Shown here: positions 8,894-17,000 of the stretch, piece after piece
How positions within the stretch are numbered: position 1 is the first letter of the stretch
Layout: every line of letters starts with the position of its first letter
Source of the DNA: an uncultured virus (IMG/VR IMGVR_UViG_3300044633_000491)
Taxonomy: Duplodnaviria; Heunggongvirae; Uroviricota; Caudoviricetes
Reading direction: 5' to 3' (one strand)
DNA: 20,000 nucleotides
IMG/VR virus record: IMGVR_UViG_3300044633_000491
Span: 55,869 to 75,868 of that record
Program-made: the position numbers and the translations under genes
The notes under the pieces: model-generated
What the model saw: only the letters and a program-made list of their open reading frames with translations
Databases searched by the model: none
What the model was told of the DNA's origin: nothing

Positions 8894-10025
8894 AATAACC
8901 ATAACTCTACGCAATCCATTGGATCACAACGATCTATTGGAATATCATATCATTCCTGATGATCACCAATTGGCTAAAGATTGGATAGTAGCATTAAAAA
9001 AAATACTTAACGATAAAAAATTGATAGAAAAGAATTTTTGTTTTTTAGGGTTTCCTTCAACATCTCGTAGTATAGACTATCTTTGCGATCAGCTAAATCA
9101 AGCAGTGTGTCAAATTAACATGTTTAATCAATCTAATGTATGGCAAGCGGCTGGATTAAAATCTTATGTAATTGAAGAACATTTTTCTGCTGAAACTGTT
9201 AGATTTAGTGACGCCTATACTATTAGTAAAGGCCCAGACAACTTAGGAATGCGCCTTAAACATTCAATAATGAATCGTATACACAACGATTTTGAAAGAC
9301 TTCAAGGAACAGTTGATCATTTAAGTGACTATTATAGATTGGCTGATTACAATACCAAATATGCAATACGTCAATTAAATATTTTATGTCATGAATTGGA
9401 AACGTTGGTTCTGTCTCAGCGAAAATTAATACAAAATCCAACTTGGGTGCGTCCAAGTCAAATAACAACATTTTTACATGCTGACCGTTATAGCTTAAGT
9501 AATCAACATCGAGAATTATTTAAACAAAATGGATACGATAGACAGTTTGGGCATGTTTATATGCATTGGGCACAAATTGGAAAAACTTTGTTTGAAGTAT
9601 TTCGAGACGAGCATGCACCTAAACTAACTGATACTATCTGCGATGCTATTAATCATCTTCAATATTATAGTGGAGAATTTGACGTAGAATGGGCTAATGA
9701 TGTAATATACAACGACAAAAACACCCCATGGCACACTAAATTAATTGATGAATTTAATCAATGGTTAGAGGATAACGGGTTTGACCCAAATGATTCACAA
9801 CTAAGTTTAGGGCATCTGCACATAGGCGAAATTAACGTAAAGTCTGCATTTGGTACTACTTCTACAGACAAAGTTTGGGATATACTTAGTAATTACCTTG
9901 ATATATACCGTATAGAAGTAGATGGGGTTAGTAATCAATTTGATTATTGTTGGACTGACAGTGACTACAAGCAAAAGCAAATAGATATGATGAGGGAAGG
10001 GTATGACTATAGTAGTAGGGGGTGA
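8871..10025 (+). CDS. Hypothetical protein
   Basis: 384-aa ORF overlapping both neighbours by 23 bp. No family recognised. Has His/Glu motifs (HNDFE, CHELE, MHWAQIGKT). Confidence 0.75.
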   Translation: MNGINQSKITITLRNPLDHNDLLEYHIIPDDHQLAKDWIVALKKILNDKKLIEKNFCFLGFPSTSRSIDYLCDQLNQAVCQINMFNQSNVWQAAGLKSYVIEEHFSAETVRFSDAYTISKGPDNLGMRLKHSIMNRIHNDFERLQGTVDHLSDYYRLADYNTKYAIRQLNILCHELETLVLSQRKLIQNPTWVRPSQITTFLHADRYSLSNQHRELFKQNGYDRQFGHVYMHWAQIGKTLFEVFRDEHAPKLTDTICDAINHLQYYSGEFDVEWANDVIYNDKNTPWHTKLIDEFNQWLEDNGFDPNDSQLSLGHLHIGEINVKSAFGTTSTDKVWDILSNYLDIYRIEVDGVSNQFDYCWTDSDYKQKQIDMMREGYDYSSRG

Positions 10026-10821
10026 TAGTTTTATTTGGGGCAGTGAACTTGCTGATAATATAGTAGAATTCAATGAAGAAACACAGGAATTAGTACACGA
10101 AATAGTCAGTCAAAGCACGTTTACAGCATTGTTAGCCAAAGATATGAATCAACAGTATGCGTGCGTGGCATATCCTGGATATGCCAATGGTGCAATTCGT
10201 AGAACAGTTATGAATGCTTGTGAGCGCATACAAGATATAGATCTAGTGGTTGTTTGTTGGAGTTTTTTAAGCAGATACGAATTTCGATTTGTACAGGATA
10301 CAGAAGAAAGATGGGGACATTGGTATAGCATAACTCCATGGTCTGCTATAGACGACATTAACACTATTAAAAAAGGTTTTAAATCAGATAATCCTACTAT
10401 TTTAGAACATCATGTTAATAATCTTAAGCGAGCTAAACGCACTGGGATATCTTCTTTCGCTAAATCATTTTATCAACACGTAGGCACCGCCTGTTATTAT
10501 GAATTATGGAGTAGCTATACAGAAATAGTGTTGTTGCAGCAATATCTACAATTAAAAGGGATACCATACATTTTTACCACTGTGGATGAAAGCCTATTAG
10601 AACAGTACAAGAATTGGTCAGACGAGTCAATAAGTACATTGTATAATCAAATTGATCTTTCGCGGTGGGTCATGTTTCCCGGCAATCGTGGATTTTATAC
10701 CTGGGCCAGCGATGAAAATTATTTGTTCGGTACTACACACCCGTTAGAACAAGCTCATTATGATGCATACAAATATATTAAGGAGAAATATCATGACATG
10801 GTTACGCCGTATTATAAATAG
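10003..10821 (+). CDS. SGNH/GDSL-like hydrolase or acyltransferase
   Basis: N-terminal GGDSF (block I), PGYANG (block II) and C-terminal THPLEQAH. Confidence 0.65.
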   Translation: MTIVVGGDSFIWGSELADNIVEFNEETQELVHEIVSQSTFTALLAKDMNQQYACVAYPGYANGAIRRTVMNACERIQDIDLVVVCWSFLSRYEFRFVQDTEERWGHWYSITPWSAIDDINTIKKGFKSDNPTILEHHVNNLKRAKRTGISSFAKSFYQHVGTACYYELWSSYTEIVLLQQYLQLKGIPYIFTTVDESLLEQYKNWSDESISTLYNQIDLSRWVMFPGNRGFYTWASDENYLFGTTHPLEQAHYDAYKYIKEKYHDMVTPYYK

Positions 10822-10894
10822 AATCAAACTTGAAATTCAATATCGTAAAAAGTTAAAAGAACTACGCAAAAGAGATCCTTTCATTTACAAATAG
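10793..10894 (+). CDS. 33-aa basic peptide MTWLRRIINRIKLEIQYRKKLKELRKRDPFIYK (not in the ORF track)
   Basis: TAAGGAG Shine-Dalgarno ends 7 nt before ATG 10793. TAG at 10892-10894 is followed after 1 nt by the next ATG (10896). The ORF spans the gap between the two SGNH genes. Confidence 0.8.
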   Translation: MTWLRRIINRIKLEIQYRKKLKELRKRDPFIYK

Positions 10895-10895
10895 T

Positions 10896-11534
10896 ATGCG
10901 ATTATTAACAGTCGGCGACAGCTTTACCTATGGCGAAGAGTTATCTGATGCAACCAAATCTTGGCCAAATGTACTGGGTCAATATTTAGGATATGAAGTT
11001 ACAAACTTAGGCCAACCAGGCAGCGGCAATACACAAATAATTAGAAAAGTAGTAGAGAATATACACAATTACGATTTAATTATTATTGCTTGGAGTCATT
11101 ATGCTAGAATAGAATTTGCAGATAAAAATGGAGTATTCGACATCTGGCCAGGAGCCAATTTGGCTGTACATAATTTTCTACCTTATAGAAAAGAACTAGT
11201 TAATTATGTAACAAAATATTATAACGATTTATATTTTTATCAACAATATCTTGTTAATATTTTGCTACTGCAGGGATATCTAGTACAGCACAAACAACAA
11301 TACCTAATGGTTAATTCTTTTGGTAATAATTGGGATGATTTTAAAGACAAAAATAATATAACACAATTAGCTGAGCAAATTGACACTAATTATTTTTTAG
11401 GATGGCCCAATGACCAAATGGTTGAATGGACATACGGATGTGCCAAAGGACCCGGTGGGCATTTCTTAGAAGACGGGCACAGAAAGGTAGCGGAAAAAAT
11501 CAATGAACATATTAGGTCTTTGGGATGGATTTAA
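10896..11534 (+). CDS. SGNH/GDSL-like hydrolase or acyltransferase
   Basis: VGDSFTYG (block I), NLGQPGSGN (block II) and C-terminal GHFLEDGH. Paralog of 10003..10821. Confidence 0.7.
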   Translation: MRLLTVGDSFTYGEELSDATKSWPNVLGQYLGYEVTNLGQPGSGNTQIIRKVVENIHNYDLIIIAWSHYARIEFADKNGVFDIWPGANLAVHNFLPYRKELVNYVTKYYNDLYFYQQYLVNILLLQGYLVQHKQQYLMVNSFGNNWDDFKDKNNITQLAEQIDTNYFLGWPNDQMVEWTYGCAKGPGGHFLEDGHRKVAEKINEHIRSLGWI

Positions 11535-11535
11535 C
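11503..11535 (+). pseudogene. Decayed duplicate of the carbamoyltransferase 5' end (MNILGLWDGFN)
   Basis: 7 of 11 residues match the true start MNILGISAGFH at 11775. It overlaps the end of the SGNH gene, and the frame then loses similarity and stops at 11593-11595. Confidence 0.6.
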
Positions 11536-11685
11536 ACAGTATCCATTGTGATGTTCTTGTTTACCTTTAGCAACCTGATCACGCATTGCTGGTAAACTTA
11601 GTTTGTGGGTTTTACAAAATTCTGCTAAATTATTGGTCTGCTCAATGTTATAATACCAATGGGTGTATTTGTTTGTTAAATACAT
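11512..11685 (-). mobile_element. 57-aa ORF, probable internally deleted homing endonuclease remnant (HNH-type N-terminus joined to a NUMOD-like C-terminus)
   Basis: Translates as MYLTNKYTHWYYNIEQTNNLAEFCKTHKLSLPAMRDQVAKGKQEHHNGYCVKSIPKT*. AAGGAG lies 9 nt upstream. It is antisense to the operon. Both termini resemble, from recall, phage free-standing endonucleases, but no nuclease core is present. Confidence 0.55.
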
Positions 11686-11694
11686 TTGCTGATG

Positions 11695-11757
11695 CTCCTT
11701 TACAAGCGTTAGAGTAGTTGGATATGTCGAGTATCGCGAACTACACTTATATTTATC
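11695..11757 (-). promoter_or_regulatory. Late-promoter-like GATAAATA, nested hairpin and RBS forming the leader of the 57-aa ORF
   Basis: Minus strand reads GATAAATA (11757-11750), then GTAGTT-CGC-GATA-ctcgaca-TATC-C-AACTAC (11744-11714), then AAGGAG (11700-11695). Confidence 0.5.
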
Positions 11758-11774
11758 AAATAATTATGGAAATT

Positions 11775-13265
11775 ATGAATATTCTCGGAATTAGTGCTGG
11801 GTTTCATGACGCAGCCGCAACATTAGTTAGCAGTCAAGGTGAGATATTATTTGCTGGGCATAGCGAACGCTACAGCAAGCATAAGCACGACAGTGACCTA
11901 CACAGTGATCTAATTACAGATGCTGTTAGATACGGACGACCTGACTGTGTGGCCTACTACGAAAGACCTTGGGTCAAAAAAACTCGACAATTGTATGCAG
12001 GACAATACAGTGAATTAAAACAAGGGTGGACTGTACGAGGAATGCTTAAACGTACAGTTCCTGAAATTAGTCACTTACCAATTACCGCATATAATCATCA
12101 CCTTAGTCATGCCGCTGCAGGATTTCAAACAAGTCCGTTTGACACTGCAGCAGTGGTAGTAATTGATGCTATAGGTGAGTGGGATACTATTAGTATTTGG
12201 TCAGCAACGTATAACAATGCAGGTCAAGCAAAATATACTAAAGTATGGGGTCAAAAATATCCGCATAGTATTGGCCTAATGTACTCAGCTTTTACTCAGA
12301 GTGTTGGGCTCAAACCTATGGATGAAGAATATATTCTAATGGGCATGGCTGGATGGGGCAAACAACAGAATTGGTTCCAAGCTGACAATCTTAAAGCTAG
12401 CCTAATAGAAGATGAAGTAGCAATGATCTTTAAACATAATTTACATATTGGCTTGCCGGGCAAGATTAAAGGTAATTGGACTAATGAAGACACAGCACGA
12501 GCGGCACAAGAACTTGCAGAAGATTTGATTAGCAATGTTATGCACCGTGCCAGCGAACTTGTACCAAATAGCAATTTAGTCTATTGCGGTGGTGTAGCAC
12601 TTAACTGTAGTGCTAATCGTATGTTAGGAGAATACTTTGACAACATTTGGATTATGCCTAATCCTGGCGACGCTGGCAGCAGCCTTGGGGCAGCGGCCCT
12701 TAAATACGGTAAGAGATTGGTGTGGCGCGATGCTTATCTTGGCCACAATATTAGCGGGGACTATCCTGTTAGACAAATCATATCTGAACTCGTTACTAAC
12801 AAAATTGTCGGAGTTGCAAGTGGTAGGGCAGAGTTTGGACCCCGAGCCTTAGGCAATCGTAGTTTATTAGCAGACCCACGTGGTGACACAATTAAGGATC
12901 AGGTAAATGAAATCAAACGAAGACAAAAATTTAGACCATTCGCTCCAGTTATATTGGAAGAACTTGTCCATGAGTATTTTAGCATGCCTCGCAATTGGAA
13001 TAGTAGCCCATATATGCAAACTGTCGCTGAGTGTCGTTATCCTGATCAGTTCCCTGCTATTGTGCATATTGATGGTACCAGCCGTGTGCAGACTGTGCCA
13101 AAAGACGGATCAGGAATAAGACAGTTATTGGAACAGTGGTACACTTGGACAGGTTGCCCTATGTTGTTAAACACTAGCTTGAACATTCGAGGAGAGCCAA
13201 TGGTCAATGATCGTGCAGATGCTGACCGATTCGAGCAATTATACGGAGTTCGTGTTTTATCATGA
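11775..13265 (+). CDS. O-carbamoyltransferase, NodU/CmcH/TobZ family
   Basis: MNILGISAGFHDAAA start, ERYSK.KHD, HHLSHAA, DAIGE, GGVALNC, GDAGSSLGA, GRAEFGPRALGNRS, KRRQKFRPFAP and LLNTSLN. Start moved from 11718 to 11775 (496 aa) on the family N-terminal motif. Confidence 0.95.
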   Translation: MNILGISAGFHDAAATLVSSQGEILFAGHSERYSKHKHDSDLHSDLITDAVRYGRPDCVAYYERPWVKKTRQLYAGQYSELKQGWTVRGMLKRTVPEISHLPITAYNHHLSHAAAGFQTSPFDTAAVVVIDAIGEWDTISIWSATYNNAGQAKYTKVWGQKYPHSIGLMYSAFTQSVGLKPMDEEYILMGMAGWGKQQNWFQADNLKASLIEDEVAMIFKHNLHIGLPGKIKGNWTNEDTARAAQELAEDLISNVMHRASELVPNSNLVYCGGVALNCSANRMLGEYFDNIWIMPNPGDAGSSLGAAALKYGKRLVWRDAYLGHNISGDYPVRQIISELVTNKIVGVASGRAEFGPRALGNRSLLADPRGDTIKDQVNEIKRRQKFRPFAPVILEELVHEYFSMPRNWNSSPYMQTVAECRYPDQFPAIVHIDGTSRVQTVPKDGSGIRQLLEQWYTWTGCPMLLNTSLNIRGEPMVNDRADADRFEQLYGVRVLS

Positions 13266-13663
13266 GAATATTAATTTGTGGTCTGCCAGGCTCGGGTAAA
13301 ACTACACTAGCACACGCATTATCAACATTGATAGATTGTATATGGTACAATGCTGATGCAGTTAGAAGCAAGTATAATGATTGGGATTTTTCTAAAGAAG
13401 GCAGACTACGTCAGGCAACACGTATGAAAAAGTTAGCCGATGACAGCAACGGTCACATTGTATGTGACTTTGTTGCTCCTACCAAAGAGATACGTGATAT
13501 CTTTGATGCTGACTATGTTGTATGGATAGATACAATTAAACTAGGTAGATTCGAAGATACAAATAAAGTATTTGAGCCACCGGAGCATTACGATATACGG
13601 GTAACAGAACAAGATGCCGCACGTTGGGCAGCTATTATTGCCAAGGAAATAAATGAAGCCTAA
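13262..13663 (+). CDS. Short adenylylsulfate-kinase (CysC)-like P-loop kinase
   Basis: GLPGSGKTT Walker A. NADAVR...DFSKEGR.RQ..R, DFVAPT...R and FEPP parallel APS kinase motifs. Only 133 aa. Confidence 0.65.
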   Translation: MRILICGLPGSGKTTLAHALSTLIDCIWYNADAVRSKYNDWDFSKEGRLRQATRMKKLADDSNGHIVCDFVAPTKEIRDIFDADYVVWIDTIKLGRFEDTNKVFEPPEHYDIRVTEQDAARWAAIIAKEINEA

Positions 13664-14075
13664 ACACCAAACAGCACACATGCGAGCCGCACATATCTAC
13701 GCTGAACTAAGCACAGCACGTAGACTTAAAGTGGGCGCACTTGTAGTTAAAGATGATAGAATTGTATCAATTGGCTACAACGGTATGCCCAGTGGATGGG
13801 ACAACAACTGTGAATATGATTTAGAAGATGGAAATATTAAAACTAGACCGGAGGTATTACATGCAGAAACTAACGCACTTGCGAAATTGGCTAGAAGTAC
13901 TGAGTCTGGTCTTGATGCTGATTTATTTGTTACTCATAGTCCTTGCTTGGATTGTGCCAAGCTCATATATCAGAGTGGTATTAAACGAGTATTCTATGCT
14001 ACTGCTTACCGCGATAATTCCGGGATTAATTTCCTTAAATCTTCGGGTATTGACGTAGAGCAACTAGATGTTTGA
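13653..14075 (+). CDS. dCMP deaminase (cytidine/deoxycytidylate deaminase family)
   Basis: VGALVVKD.RIVSIGYNG, HAETNA and SPCLDCAKLIYQSGI zinc motifs. Confidence 0.92.
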   Translation: MKPKHQTAHMRAAHIYAELSTARRLKVGALVVKDDRIVSIGYNGMPSGWDNNCEYDLEDGNIKTRPEVLHAETNALAKLARSTESGLDADLFVTHSPCLDCAKLIYQSGIKRVFYATAYRDNSGINFLKSSGIDVEQLDV

Positions 14076-17000
14076 TGTGTTCTACACGGGCCCAAAGCCT
14101 GGCTTATTTCCATTTGAACTGCCAGCTGATACATTAGCAGAAGCTGCTAGTTTAAGTCGTACTAAGTTTTTTTGGTTCGTCGATGGACAAAATGACTACA
14201 CGAGATTTGATTTTAATTTTCGTGCAGTACCCTGGGAAGAACATCAGATACACACCTGGCCAAATCAATGGCAGGTAGACGGCGGCACATACTTTGCTAA
14301 CAAATATACGATTCAAGATCGTATACATAACTTTCACACAGAGACATACACACATCGATTGCCTAATTTAGATTATTGGCATATACCCAATAATGTAGAC
14401 CTTGACAGCGTTGATTATCGCTGGTGCCCTGATACAAAAGAACCTCCATACATTTATGTATTTGGAAATCAATGGAACTCTGCTGTATTAGAACCAACAG
14501 CAATCTATAGTATTCTCGGAGCAACTGAATACAAATATATGGAAGAAATGCCAGTGCGTGTTCTATCAATGATGGACCAGTGGACTCTATTAGATGATAT
14601 CTTAGATTTTGATTATTCGTGGAGACCCAATCCTAAAGAACCACCGTATATCTATATATTCGGCAATCAATGGTTGACTCCAGAACAACGACCAGCATTG
14701 AAATACACTGTTCTCGGTGCTACGGAAATTAAGTATATGGAATACCCTAAGGCTAATAGAGTAAGTAAGCCAGAGTTATTCATTACACATTATGCCTGTG
14801 AGTTCGATTATAGTTGGGAACCTGATCCCGGCAGTCCACCATACAATTATATTTTCGGTAATCAACATTGGCCTGCTGAAATTATGCCCACAGTAGAATA
14901 TCATATGGCAGGTGCAACTGAAGATAAATTTATGGATGAACCCAGGGCACAACTAACAGCAACGTCTGAGAATTGGCAGACCTTAATAAATTGTGAGTTT
15001 GATTATTCATGGTGCCCTGACCCGGGAGACCCGCCATACATTTATGTATTTGGCAATCAATGGTATGCTGGTACAGAAATGCCGACTGTGGAGTATCATG
15101 TGTTCGGTGCTACGGAACGTAAGTTCTTAGATGAACCTCGTGCAAGACTATTTCCTATAATGGAACGCTGGACTGTACCAGAAGAGGTAGATGCAACGAA
15201 TATTGATTTTAGTTGGGTACCTCACCCAAAAGATGCACCTTACATACATCACTTTGGATCTGAATTTCAAATGAGTGTAGGATTGCTTTACACAGTACCA
15301 AGCGCGACAGAACCTAAGTTTGAGGGTGAAATACCATTAATTAAAATTGAAAAGAAACAATTACAAGTATTAGACATATTCTTTATTGACAAGAGTAATG
15401 TTAGTTCTGCTGCACGTTATGAAAAGTTAGTTGAACAATATCCACATGCGCAACGAGTGCGCTATGTCAATTCAATGATTGATACAATTCGTCGTTGTAT
15501 TGCACGAGCAAAGTCTGGTAAGTTTTGGGTTATTAGTAGTGAAAACGTCTACGATAATTTTAATTTCGCATGGCATGCACAACCATGGCAAAGTTATATG
15601 ACACATGTATTTGGTTCACAACATCAGAAGTGGAGTGATACATATTTAATTAATCGTTGGGAGTTTGAACGTACTGTCACTTGGGCTAATAGCTTGGAAG
15701 AATTTCCAAATCTTAACTTTGTGCAAGATCAAAGTATTATTATTCCGGATGACCTACACGACATTTACTATGTAGATCACAATAACCATGACAATGGCGG
15801 GCTAAACAGCATACAAACCCGGTTTAACAAGGTTAAAGTAACTAGATATGTTAGTGACTATCTAAATACATTTAAACGCATAATGTCTACTGCAACTACA
15901 GAATATGTTTGGATTATCAGCAGTTTATGCGACTACTCTCGCTTTGACTTTAGTTGGCAACCAGAGCCGTGGCAACGAGAAATGATACATGTGTTTCCTA
16001 GTGCCGATCAACCGCGCGGTGATACTTTTTATATTCACGTCGAATCGTTTAAAAAACAAATGGACAAACTTGAACTATTAGATTGGTTTGATGTTATTAA
16101 TTATTGTGAAGAACAGCGTGTTCCTCGACTACCTATACCGTGTATTACGTATAAAGGAGACAATCTCGTTGATGTAATTAAACAGCACGAATTTGAACAT
16201 CCTTATACATGGTTCGTTCCTTACTTTAGTGACATACTGTATAACCCAAGCATTTGGAGTCTAAAAGATAAGAAAATCATGTCTTTTTCACCTAATAATG
16301 GCTATATTTTAGCACCAAGAGAAGCTAAAAATTATATTAATACACAAGTATATGATTATCCTTATATTAGCAAAAATTCTAAAATATCTAGCCTAAATCA
16401 AGACATTATATTCATTAGCTACGATGAACCTAATGCAGATGCTAATTGGCAGATATTAAGCAGTAAATACCCGCAGGCTCGCCGCCTACACGGCGTAGAA
16501 GGTATAGAAATAGCTAAACTAAAAGCTGCAGAAATGAGTTCAACTGATTGGTACTATGCTGTATTTGCTAAAACAGAACTACATCCAGACTTTGATTTTA
16601 GTTTTAGTCCTGACCTATTTCAAGAACCTAAACACTATATATTTCACGCAGAAAACCCCCTCAATGGACTATGCTATGGACACATGGGTGTAGTTTTATA
16701 TAATTGCGGCGTAGTTAAAGCTACTACTAAGTTTGGCATAGATTACACCATGAGTGCACCGCACGCTGTTATACCTATCACTAGCGCAATTGCTAGATTT
16801 AATAGTGACCCTTACCAAACATGGCGTACTGCTTTCCGTGAAGCAAGTAAACTAGCACAATTCTGCGACGAAACAGATAATGTAGAAAACAGCTATCGAT
16901 TAAATATATGGACTAGCAAAGCAGAAGGACCATACAGTGAATGGTGTTTACAAGGAGCTCGCGACGGAGTTATGTTTTATCATGCTAATAAAGAAGATAA

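Noticed and set aside
10813..10820. Exact TATAAATA (T4 late promoter consensus) upstream of 10896
   Set aside because: It lies inside two overlapping coding frames in AT-rich DNA, so chance occurrence is likely. Not supportable without transcript data.
11718..11774. 19-aa N-terminal extension of the carbamoyltransferase given by the ORF track
   Set aside because: It runs through the hairpin and promoter of the antisense insert. The family N-terminus begins at MNILGIS (11775).
10003..14075. Saxitoxin-cluster resemblance (sxtI, sxtK, sxtL, sxtO and sxtB-like functions together)
   Set aside because: No sxtA PKS-like, amidinotransferase or Rieske genes are present. These families are widespread, and the deaminase is a typical dCMP deaminase.
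14410..15330. Periodic repeats considered as a CRISPR array or DGR-type repeat
   Set aside because: The period is ~195-204 bp and in frame, with conservation at protein level and synonymous divergence. No cas or reverse transcriptase gene is present.
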